Shown here one piece after another: positions 14,863 through 22,896 of a DNA stretch of 32,000 bases. Below the pieces are notes generated by a model. The model was given only the letters and a program-made list of their open reading frames with translations, had not been told where the DNA came from and did not search any database. Where the stretch lies: contig NC_012803.1 of NCBI RefSeq assembly GCF_000023205.1, forward strand, positions 1,980,001 to 2,012,000, read 5' to 3'. Position 1 is the first letter of the stretch. Every line of letters begins with the position of its first letter. The DNA is from Micrococcus luteus NCTC 2665. Its GTDB lineage: Bacteria; Actinomycetota; Actinomycetes; Actinomycetales; Micrococcaceae. The translations under genes were made by a program, and so were the position numbers.

Positions 14863-14926
14863 CACTCTCGCAACAGGAGGCCTTCGCCTGTCAGCTGTTC
14901 ACGCAACAACGTCCCTGGACATCACA
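14863..14926 (-). mobile_element. IS481-like remnant, part 2: distal leader and putative left terminal repeat. Probable right boundary of the island.
   Basis: On the minus strand the segment begins TGTGATGTCCAGGGACG, a TGT terminus as I recall for IS481-family ends. It abuts CCTAGC (14927-14932), and IS481 members favour CTAG-containing targets. With the IS256 element removed, the leader to ATG 13382 is ~103 nt. Confidence 0.35.
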
Positions 14927-14985
14927 CCTAGCCACCGGCGCGGACCCCGGAAGAGGTCCCAGGTGCCCGCGCTACACTCGCGCCC

Positions 14986-17169
14986 ATGGCCTCCCGCACG
15001 ACCCGCTTCCCCGCGCCCTCGAGCGCTCTCGGCCGCCTCCTCGCCTTCGTGGGCCTCTCGGCGGTGGCCGGCCTGCTCGTGGCGGCCCTCCTGCTGCCCG
15101 TCGCGGGCCTGGCCGGTGTCGCCGCCGCGTCGGGCCGGGAGATGCTGGACGAGCTGCCGGACGAGCTGCCCGCGGAGCCGGTCTCCGTCCCGTCGCGCAT
15201 CCTGTCGGAGGACGGTGAGGAGATCGCCGTCTTCTACGAGGAGAACCGCACCCCGGTCCCGCTGGACGAAATCTCGGAGCACATGCAGCACGCGATCGTG
15301 GCCATCGAGGACGAGCGCTTCTACGATCACGACGGCGTGGACGCGCGCGGCCTCATCCGCGCGACCGTGAACAACGCCACCTCCGACTCCACGCAGGGCG
15401 CCTCCACCCTCACCCAGCAGTTCGTGAACAACATGCTGGTGAACGTGCAGCAGATCCGCGGCGACTCCCGCCTCACGCTCTCCGGCTCCAAGAACATCGC
15501 GGACAAGGTCAAGGAGATCAAGCTCGCGGTCGCCGTCGAGAAGCAGATGTCGAAGGACGAGATCCTCGAGGGCTACCTCAACATCGTGCTGTTCTCCGGC
15601 CGTGCCTACGGGGTCGAGGCCGCCTCGCAGTACGTGTTCGGCAAGTCCGCCGCCGACCTGGAGAGCTGGGAGGCCGCCACGCTGGCCGGCATGGTCCAGT
15701 CCCCCACCCGGTTCAACCCGGCCCGCAATCCGGAGGAGGCCACGGAGCGGCGCAACCTCGTGCTGAACGCGATGAAGGACAACGGCTACCTCTCCCAGGA
15801 GGAGTACGACCACGCCGTCGCCCAGCCGATGGAGGTGGTGATGGAGTCCCGCCCCTCGGGCTGCCTCTACGCCAAGTTCGGCGCCTACTTCTGCGACTAC
15901 GTGGAGCGGCAGATCCTTGCCGACCCCACGTTCGGCCCGGACGTCCAGTCCCGCCAGGCCCTGCTGGACCGCGGCGGACTCACCATCCGCACGACGATCG
16001 ACTCGACGCTCCAGAAGGAGACCGAGAAGAACCTGCGCGCCTCCGTGCCCAACAACGAGTCGCTGGGCGCCGGCCACGCGCTCACCTCGGTGGAGGCCGG
16101 CACCGGCAACATCCGCACCATGGCCCAGAACACCGAGTACGCCATCCAGGACGAACTCGGCCACACCTCGCTGAACTTCAATGTGGACAAGCAGTGGGGC
16201 GGCGGCCAGGGCTTCCAGGCCGGCTCCACGCTCAAGCCCTTCGTGGCCCTGACGTGGCTGCGCAACGGCAACCGCCTGGTCGACTCCGTGGACGCCTCCC
16301 GGAACGTCTACCCCACGGGCACGCGCTTCGCGGCCTCGTGCCGCCCGGGCGGCTACACCACGATCGGCGGCACCTGGCAGTTCAAGAACGTGATCCCCGA
16401 CATGCTGCGGCAGGTGCGCGTGGACGAGGGCCTCTTCTGGTCCGTGAACACCCCGACCGTCTCCACCGCGTACCAGCTGGACCTGTGCGACATCACGAGC
16501 CTCACCACCCAGCTGGGCATCACCCGCGCCCTGGACAGCTCCCCGCTGCAGCCGGACGACCCGTCCTTCCTGCTCGGCAAGGACTCGGTGGCACCGCTCT
16601 CCCTGGCCGGCGCGTACGCCGCCATCGCCGCGAACGGCCTGTACTGCGAGCCGCGCGCCATCCTGGAGGTCACGGACACCGCCGGCAACCAGTACGACGT
16701 CGCCGACCCGCAGTGCGACCAAGTCATCGACCCGGACCACGTCCGGGAGCTGATGCCGGTCCTGCGCCACATCGGCGGCTTCAACATCGCCGAGGAGGGC
16801 GCCGGCTACGAGTTCGGCGGCAAGACGGGCACGAACGACAACGTGTCCTCCACGTGGTTCGTCGGATTCACCAGCAAGCTGGCCACCGCCGTGTGGACCG
16901 GCCGCTACAACAACCTGAAGTCCATGACGGGCGAGACCGTCAACGGCGAGGTCCGCAACCCGTTCTACTCGACCTCCATCAACGGCCCGTCCTGGCTCGA
17001 GTACAACCAGTTGGCCAAGGAGAAGTTCCCGCCGGGTGAACTGCCCGAGTGGGACGGCCCGCAGTCGGAGGACCCGGGCGAGGCCGGCGAGCACCCGGAC
17101 GGACGCCAGTTCACCATCGACGACCTGGACCGGGGCGGGCCGCAGCCCCAGGCGGTCCCGGGCTTCTGA
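14986..17169 (+). CDS. Class A penicillin-binding protein (bifunctional transglycosylase/transpeptidase, PonA-like)
   Basis: N-terminal TM. GT51 motifs IEDERFYDHDGVD and GASTLTQQ. Transpeptidase motifs STLK (GSTLKPF) and KTGT (GGKTGTN). Confidence 0.92.
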   Translation: MASRTTRFPAPSSALGRLLAFVGLSAVAGLLVAALLLPVAGLAGVAAASGREMLDELPDELPAEPVSVPSRILSEDGEEIAVFYEENRTPVPLDEISEHMQHAIVAIEDERFYDHDGVDARGLIRATVNNATSDSTQGASTLTQQFVNNMLVNVQQIRGDSRLTLSGSKNIADKVKEIKLAVAVEKQMSKDEILEGYLNIVLFSGRAYGVEAASQYVFGKSAADLESWEAATLAGMVQSPTRFNPARNPEEATERRNLVLNAMKDNGYLSQEEYDHAVAQPMEVVMESRPSGCLYAKFGAYFCDYVERQILADPTFGPDVQSRQALLDRGGLTIRTTIDSTLQKETEKNLRASVPNNESLGAGHALTSVEAGTGNIRTMAQNTEYAIQDELGHTSLNFNVDKQWGGGQGFQAGSTLKPFVALTWLRNGNRLVDSVDASRNVYPTGTRFAASCRPGGYTTIGGTWQFKNVIPDMLRQVRVDEGLFWSVNTPTVSTAYQLDLCDITSLTTQLGITRALDSSPLQPDDPSFLLGKDSVAPLSLAGAYAAIAANGLYCEPRAILEVTDTAGNQYDVADPQCDQVIDPDHVRELMPVLRHIGGFNIAEEGAGYEFGGKTGTNDNVSSTWFVGFTSKLATAVWTGRYNNLKSMTGETVNGEVRNPFYSTSINGPSWLEYNQLAKEKFPPGELPEWDGPQSEDPGEAGEHPDGRQFTIDDLDRGGPQPQAVPGF

Positions 17170-17174
17170 CCGCG

Positions 17175-18143
17175 ATGCGCCCCGCCGCCTCCCCCGCCCG
17201 GCGCATGTTCTGCGCCGCAGCGCCTGCCGCCGTCGGGCTGGCCGCGACGGCGGGCCTCGGCCTGGCCTGGGGCCTCGCCGAGGCCGAGGCCCGGACGGTG
17301 CGCACGCACCGACTGGCCGTGCTGCCGGCCGGGTCGGCGCCGCTGCGGGTGCTGCACCTCTCGGACATCCACCTGCTGCCCCGGCACCGGGCCAAGCGGG
17401 CGTGGCTGCGCGGATTGGATGCACTCGAGCCGGACCTCGTGGTCAACACGGGTGACAACGTGTCCGCCGCGGCGTCGGTGCCGCTCGTGCTCGACGCGCT
17501 CGGGCCGCTGCTGGCGCGGCCCGGCGTGTTCGTGCCCGGCTCCAACGACTACTACGCGCCCAAGGCGGCCAACCCCCTCCGGTACTTCGCGGGCCCCTCG
17601 CGCATGGACGCGGACCGGCCCCGGCTTCCCTCCGACGTCCTGTTCGGCGCGTTCCGCGCCGCCGGCTGGGCCGACCTGACGAACCGGGGCGCCGCTCTGG
17701 CCGTGCCGACCCGCGCCGGGACCACGCTCGAGGTCCTCGCCGCCGGCACCGACGACCCGCACCTCGGTCTGGACGCCTGGGCCGGCTTCCCCGGCTCCGC
17801 GCCCGACGACGGCGCCGGGCGGCCCGGCGACGACGGGCGGTTCCGGCTGGGCGTCACCCACGCCCCGTACCGCCGCGTGCTGGACGCCATGACCGCCGAC
17901 GGCGCCGACCTGCTGCTCGCCGGCCACACCCACGGCGGGCAGGTGTGCGTGCCGTTCCTCGGCGCGCTCGTCACCAACTGCGACCTACCCCGCCGACAGG
18001 CCTCCGGGGTCTCGACGTGGACGGCCGCGGGGCGGACCGTCCCCCTCGAGGTGTCGGCCGGCCTGGGGACCGCGCCGTCCGCGCCCGTGCGGTTCGCGTG
18101 CCGGCCCGAGGCCGTGGTGCTGGACCTGGTCCCGCGGGGCTGA
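17175..18143 (+). CDS. Membrane-anchored metallophosphoesterase
   Basis: I chose the internal ATG 17175, 5 nt after the PBP stop. Motifs LHLSDIHL, NTGDN, PGSNDYY and GHTHGGQ. The PBP + phosphoesterase pairing resembles mycobacterial ponA2-Rv3683 as I recall it. Confidence 0.8.
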   Translation: MRPAASPARRMFCAAAPAAVGLAATAGLGLAWGLAEAEARTVRTHRLAVLPAGSAPLRVLHLSDIHLLPRHRAKRAWLRGLDALEPDLVVNTGDNVSAAASVPLVLDALGPLLARPGVFVPGSNDYYAPKAANPLRYFAGPSRMDADRPRLPSDVLFGAFRAAGWADLTNRGAALAVPTRAGTTLEVLAAGTDDPHLGLDAWAGFPGSAPDDGAGRPGDDGRFRLGVTHAPYRRVLDAMTADGADLLLAGHTHGGQVCVPFLGALVTNCDLPRRQASGVSTWTAAGRTVPLEVSAGLGTAPSAPVRFACRPEAVVLDLVPRG

Positions 18144-18184
18144 GCCGCCTGTCCCGTCCGCGGCCGCGGGTACAGTGGAGCCCC

Positions 18185-20023
18185 GTGACCCGCGCCACCT
18201 CTCCCGCCGCCTCGTCCCTGCGTGACGCCCTGGGCGGGATCGCACCGTACCTCGAGGGCGTGCGGGCGCGCTGGGTGCTCGGGCTCGCCTCGGCCACGGC
18301 GGCGGGCCTCGTGGCCCTGGCCATCCCGCAGGTCATCCACCTGCTCGTGGACACCGTGTTCACGCAGACTGTGCTCGCCGGGCCCTCCTCCCCCGACTCC
18401 CGCGCGGACGTGTGGCGGGCCGCCGGCCTACTCGCCGTGCTCGGCCTCGCCGAGGCCGCGTTCATCGGCCTGCGCCGGTACTTCATCCTCCCGCCGGCCG
18501 CCGGGGTGGAGAACCGGGCGCGCATCGCCCTGTTCGAACGGCTCCAGCGCCTGCCGGTGGCGTTCCACGACGCGTGGCCCTCGGGGCAGCTGCTCTCCCG
18601 GGCCCAGGGCGACCTCTCGCTGCTGCGGCGGTGGATCGCGTTCGGCTCGGTCATGCTCGTGGTGGACGTGGTGACCATCGCCGTCGGCCTCGTCCTGCTG
18701 TTCCTGCTGTCCTGGCAGCTGGCCCTGCTCTACCTCGCCGCGGCCGTGCCGATCATGTGGGCGTCGTTCGGGTTCCGCAACGACTTCCGCGCCGCGTCCC
18801 GGCTCTCCCAGGACCAGGCCGGGGACCTCGCCACGTCCGTCGAGGAGTCGGTGCACGGCATCCGCGTCCTCAAGGCGTTCGGCCGCGGCGCGCACGCCCT
18901 CGACGGCTTCCGCGGGCGCGCCCGCACGCTGCAGGGCACCGAGGTGCACAAGGCCTCGGTGCTGGCCCGGTTCATCGCGCTCATCGTGGCCCTGCCGGAG
19001 ACGGTGCTGGGCCTGGGCCTCGCCCTGGGCCTGTGGCTCGTGGCGACCGGGGAGCTGACGGTGGGCGCGCTCGCCGCCTACTTCGCCACCGCGGCCGTGC
19101 TGGCCGGGCCGGTCGAGTCGGTGGGCCAGCTGATGGGCATGACGCTCTCGGCCCGCACGGCGATCGACCGCCACGTGGACGTCCTCGCCACGCCCGTGGA
19201 CATCGCCTCGCCCACCGGGGAGGCCGCCGTCGTGCCCCCGGCCACCGGCGCGCTCGCGTTCCACGGGGTGCGCTTCCGCTGGCCGGACGCGGACCCGGAG
19301 CGCGGGGAGCGCGACCTGCTCGACGGCGTCGACCTCGAGCTGGTGCCCGGCGAGACGATGGCCCTGGTCGGCGCGACCGGCGCCGGCAAGTCGACGCTGT
19401 TGCAGCTGGTCCCCCGGCTGCTCGACGTCACGGCGGGCTCCGTCTGCGTGGACGGGGTGGACGTGCGCCGGATGCCGCTCGAGGAGCTGCGCCGGCGGGT
19501 GTCCGTGGCGTTCGAGGACGCCACGCTGTTCTCCGCGACCATCCGGCAGAACGTGCTGCTCGGCGCCCCGGCGGACGTGCTCGCGGACGGCCTCCACTCC
19601 CCCGCGGCGGACGCCCTGCTCGACCTCGCGCTCGAGACCGCGCAGGCGGGCTTCGTGGCGGACCTGGCGGACGGCGTCGAGACCGAGATCGGCGAGGAGG
19701 GCCTCAGCCTCTCCGGCGGACAGCGCCAGCGGATCGCCCTCGCCCGCGCGATCGCGGCGCGCCCGGACGTGCTCGTGCTGGACGACCCCCTCTCCGCCCT
19801 CGACGTGCGCACCGAGGAGGCCGTGACCGCGCGCCTGCGCGAGGTCCTCGACGGGACGACCACCCTGATCGTGGCGCACCGTCCCTCCACCGTGGCCCTC
19901 GCGGACCGGGTCGCGGTGCTGGCGGACGGGCGGATCGAGGACGTGGGGACGCACCCCGAACTGCTGGCCCGCAGCGCCGTGTACCGGCACATCATCTCGA
20001 GCCGACCGGAGGAGCAGGCATGA
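18185..20023 (+). CDS. ABC exporter subunit (TMD-NBD), NBD with non-catalytic Walker B (LDD)
   Basis: GTG 18185 chosen as start. Six-TM region. Walker A GATGAGKST. Signature LSGGQRQR. Walker B VLVLDDP, where Asp replaces the catalytic Glu. H-loop AHR. Confidence 0.85.
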   Translation: MTRATSPAASSLRDALGGIAPYLEGVRARWVLGLASATAAGLVALAIPQVIHLLVDTVFTQTVLAGPSSPDSRADVWRAAGLLAVLGLAEAAFIGLRRYFILPPAAGVENRARIALFERLQRLPVAFHDAWPSGQLLSRAQGDLSLLRRWIAFGSVMLVVDVVTIAVGLVLLFLLSWQLALLYLAAAVPIMWASFGFRNDFRAASRLSQDQAGDLATSVEESVHGIRVLKAFGRGAHALDGFRGRARTLQGTEVHKASVLARFIALIVALPETVLGLGLALGLWLVATGELTVGALAAYFATAAVLAGPVESVGQLMGMTLSARTAIDRHVDVLATPVDIASPTGEAAVVPPATGALAFHGVRFRWPDADPERGERDLLDGVDLELVPGETMALVGATGAGKSTLLQLVPRLLDVTAGSVCVDGVDVRRMPLEELRRRVSVAFEDATLFSATIRQNVLLGAPADVLADGLHSPAADALLDLALETAQAGFVADLADGVETEIGEEGLSLSGGQRQRIALARAIAARPDVLVLDDPLSALDVRTEEAVTARLREVLDGTTTLIVAHRPSTVALADRVAVLADGRIEDVGTHPELLARSAVYRHIISSRPEEQA

Positions 20024-21885
20024 GCGCCGCCGACGTGAGCCGCGTGCGCGGCGTGGGGGCCGAAGAGGACCTCGACTACACCCGCGCGGAGCGCCGCCAC
20101 ATCCGGCGCCGGTCCTTCCGGCTGCTCGGCGAGCTCGCGCGGCCGGTCCGGGGGACGCTGCTGCTCACCGCGGTCTTCGTGCTCGTGTCCAACGCGGCGC
20201 GGGCGGCCGGGCCGCTGATCATCGCCTGGGCGATCGACGCGGAGCTGCCGCGCGTCGTCGAGGCCGTGCGGGCCGGCGAGTCCGTCTGGCCCATCCTCGT
20301 CCCCGTGGGCGGGGCGTACGTGGCGGCGGCCCTCATCTCCGGCGGCCTCCTGGGGGCGTACACGTGGCTCACCGCGCGGGCGAGCCAGGCCATGCTGCTG
20401 AGCCTGCGGCTGCGCGTGTTCCGGCACACGCAGCGGCTGAGCCTCGGCTTCCACGAGCGGTACACGTCCGGGCGGGTGATCTCGCGGCAGACCTCGGACC
20501 TGGAGGCGCTGCGGGAGCTGCTGGACCAGGGCGTGTCCTCGCTCGTGTCCGGGCTGATGTTCATGTCGTTCACCGCGGCGTCCATCCTGCTGCTGGACCC
20601 GCCGTCGTTCCTCGTGCTGCTGGGTGCGGCCGTGCCGGTGGCGATCGTGACGCGCTGGTACCAGGTGCGGTCCGAGGAGGCGTACCGGCGGTCGCGGGTG
20701 TCCTCAGCACGGTCGATCGTGCACTTCGTGGAGACCATGACCGGCATCCGCGCGGTCCAGGCCTTCGGACGGGAACGGGACAACGACGCGCGGTACCGCG
20801 ACTTGGCCACGGCTTACCGGGACGACATGGTGGCCACGCTCAACCTGTTCGGCATCCTGCAGCCGGTGCTCGTGGCGACGGGCAACCTGACGGTGGCGGC
20901 GCTGCTCGTGACCGGGGGCCTGCGCGTGCTCGACGGCGACCTCGAGGTGGGGGTGCTCGTGGCGCTCCTGCTGGCCGGGCGGCGCGTGTTCCAGCCCATG
21001 GAGATGGTGGCGATGTTCTACTCGTCGCTGCAGTCCGCGACGGCGGCGCTCGAGAAGGTCTCCGGTCTGCTCGAGGAGGAGCCCACCGTGGTGGAGGCCG
21101 CCGAGCCCACGCCGCTGCCCGGGGCCGACGCACCGGGGACGGGCGTGGCGTCCGGGCGGGTGGAGTTCCGGGACGCGGTGTTCAGCTACGGGCCGGACCG
21201 GGTGGTGCTGCCGGAGTTCGACCTCGTGATCCCGGCCGGGCAGACCGTGGCCGTGGTGGGCCAGACGGGTGCGGGCAAGTCGACGCTGGCCAAGCTCATC
21301 GCCCGGTTCTACGACGTCTCTGCCGGCTCGCTGACGCTGGACGGGGTGGAGCTGCGCGAGCTCAGCCAGGCGGATCTGCGGCGCAACGTGGTGATGGTGA
21401 CCCAGGAGGCGTTCCTGTTCTCCGGGTCGATCGCGGAGAACATCGCCCTCGGCCGGCCCGACGCCACCGAGGCCGAGATCCAGGCGGCCGCCCGGGCGGT
21501 GGGGGCGCACGACTTCATCCTGGGGCTGCCCGAGGGCTACGCGACCGACGTCGCCAAGCGCGGCGGGCGGCTGAGCGCGGGACAGCGGCAGCTCGTGTCG
21601 TTCGCGCGGGCGTTCCTCGCGGACCCCGCCGTGCTGATCCTGGACGAGGCGACGTCGTCGCTGGACCTGCCGAGCGAGCGGCTCGTGCAGGCCGGGCTGG
21701 AGCGGCTGCTGGGGAACCGGACGGCGCTGATCATCGCCCACCGGCTCAGCACCGTCGAGACCGCCGACCGGGTGCTCGTGATGCACGACGGCCGGATCGT
21801 CGAGGACGGCAGCCCCGCCGAGCTCGTGGCGGCCGACGGCCGGTTCGCGGCGCTGCACCGGGCCTGGGAGGACTCGCTCGCCTGA
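20020..21885 (+). CDS. ABC exporter subunit (TMD-NBD), canonical Walker B and degenerate signature
   Basis: The ATG overlaps the upstream stop (ATGA at 20020-20023). Walker A GQTGAGKST. Signature LSAGQRQ. Walker B ILDEATSSLD. Confidence 0.88.
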   Translation: MSAADVSRVRGVGAEEDLDYTRAERRHIRRRSFRLLGELARPVRGTLLLTAVFVLVSNAARAAGPLIIAWAIDAELPRVVEAVRAGESVWPILVPVGGAYVAAALISGGLLGAYTWLTARASQAMLLSLRLRVFRHTQRLSLGFHERYTSGRVISRQTSDLEALRELLDQGVSSLVSGLMFMSFTAASILLLDPPSFLVLLGAAVPVAIVTRWYQVRSEEAYRRSRVSSARSIVHFVETMTGIRAVQAFGRERDNDARYRDLATAYRDDMVATLNLFGILQPVLVATGNLTVAALLVTGGLRVLDGDLEVGVLVALLLAGRRVFQPMEMVAMFYSSLQSATAALEKVSGLLEEEPTVVEAAEPTPLPGADAPGTGVASGRVEFRDAVFSYGPDRVVLPEFDLVIPAGQTVAVVGQTGAGKSTLAKLIARFYDVSAGSLTLDGVELRELSQADLRRNVVMVTQEAFLFSGSIAENIALGRPDATEAEIQAAARAVGAHDFILGLPEGYATDVAKRGGRLSAGQRQLVSFARAFLADPAVLILDEATSSLDLPSERLVQAGLERLLGNRTALIIAHRLSTVETADRVLVMHDGRIVEDGSPAELVAADGRFAALHRAWEDSLA

Positions 21886-21903
21886 TGGGCCCCGGCCCGG
21901 GGA

Positions 21904-21942
21904 CTTTCGAACGTGGGATAGGGCCTATCCCACGTTCGAAAG
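21904..21942. terminator. Perfect 39-nt palindrome between convergent genes (bidirectional terminator or protein-binding/REP-like element)
   Basis: CTTTCGAACGTGGGATAGG-G-CCTATCCCACGTTCGAAAG: 19-bp perfect arms around one central base. About 53% G+C in the arms by hand count, in a much GC-richer context. It lies 19 nt after the ABC stop and 7 nt before the purC stop. Confidence 0.5.
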
Positions 21943-21948
21943 CACGGG

Positions 21949-22896
21949 TCAGGCGTCGAAGGGGCGGCCCGTGAGGCGCTCGTACGCCTCCACGTAGCGG
22001 TCGCGGGTCTTGGCCACGACGTCGGCGGGCAGCGCCGGCGGGGCCTCCCCGCTGGTCTTGTCCCAGCCGGAGTCGGGGCCCGTGAGCCAGTCGCGGACGA
22101 ACTGCTTGTCGAAGCTCGCCTGGGTGCGGCCGGGCTCGTAGTCCTCGGCGTCCCAGAACCGGGAGGAGTCCGGGGTGAGGACCTCGTCGCCCAGCACCAC
22201 CTGGCCGGTGGCCGGGTCCACGCCGAACTCGACCTTCGTGTCCGCCAGGATGATGCCAGCCTCGCGGGCGATCGCCTCGGCGCGCGCGTACAGGTCCAGG
22301 GTGAGGAACCGCAGGCGCTCGGCGGCCTCGGTGCCCACGCGCTCGACCATCTGCTCGAACGTGATGTTCTCGTCGTGCTCGCCGACCTCGGCCTTCGCGG
22401 ACGGCGTGAAGATCGGCGGGTCGAGCCGCGAGCCGTCCACGAGACCGGCGGGCAGCGGCAGGCCGGCCACCGTGCCCGACGCGCGGTACTCGGCCAGGCC
22501 GGAGCCGGTCAGGTAGCCGCGGGCGATGCACTCCACGGGGAACATGTCCAGGCGCTTGACGATCATCGCCCGCCCGGCCACGGCTGCGGGCACGTCCGTG
22601 CTCACCACGTGGTGCTCGACCGGCTCGGCGTGGGCCCCGTTGTAGCCCTCGGCCAGCTTCTCGAACCACCACAGGGTCAGCCGGGTGAGGATGGCGCCCT
22701 TGTCCGGGATCGGCGGCTCCAGCACGTGGTCGTAGGCGCTGATCCGGTCGGAGGCCACCACGAGCAGCGTCGCGGACCGTCCCGGCTCGGCGTCGGCGGG
22801 CTCGTACAGGTCCCGCACCTTGCCCGAGTAGACGTGCCGCCAGCCCGGCAGCTCGAGGGCCTCGGCCCCCGTGAACCCCACGCGCTCCCCGCTCAC
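21949..22896 (-). CDS. purC: Phosphoribosylaminoimidazole-succinocarboxamide (SAICAR) synthase
   Basis: YSGKVRDLY, ASDRISAYD, GLAEY, ILADTKVEFG, VLTPDSSRFW. GTG 22896 has RBS GGAGGGAG and overlaps the purD stop (GTGA). Confidence 0.9.
   Translation of the reverse strand: MSGERVGFTGAEALELPGWRHVYSGKVRDLYEPADAEPGRSATLLVVASDRISAYDHVLEPPIPDKGAILTRLTLWWFEKLAEGYNGAHAEPVEHHVVSTDVPAAVAGRAMIVKRLDMFPVECIARGYLTGSGLAEYRASGTVAGLPLPAGLVDGSRLDPPIFTPSAKAEVGEHDENITFEQMVERVGTEAAERLRFLTLDLYARAEAIAREAGIILADTKVEFGVDPATGQVVLGDEVLTPDSSRFWDAEDYEPGRTQASFDKQFVRDWLTGPDSGWDKTSGEAPPALPADVVAKTRDRYVEAYERLTGRPFDA

Noticed and set aside
14899-17424. 841-aa ORF antisense to the PBP gene. Similar long antisense or out-of-frame ORFs occur at 7226-8977, 18428-19990, 19078-20454, 20704-21858, 27849-28931, 28699-30423, 29025-30878, 30503-31534, 1066-2412 and 6034-7179.
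   Set aside because: Their translations are Arg/Gly/Pro/Ala-rich low-complexity strings with no recognisable motifs. They lie opposite to, or out of frame with, genes that have clear family signatures. Long stop-free frames are expected by chance at this G+C content.
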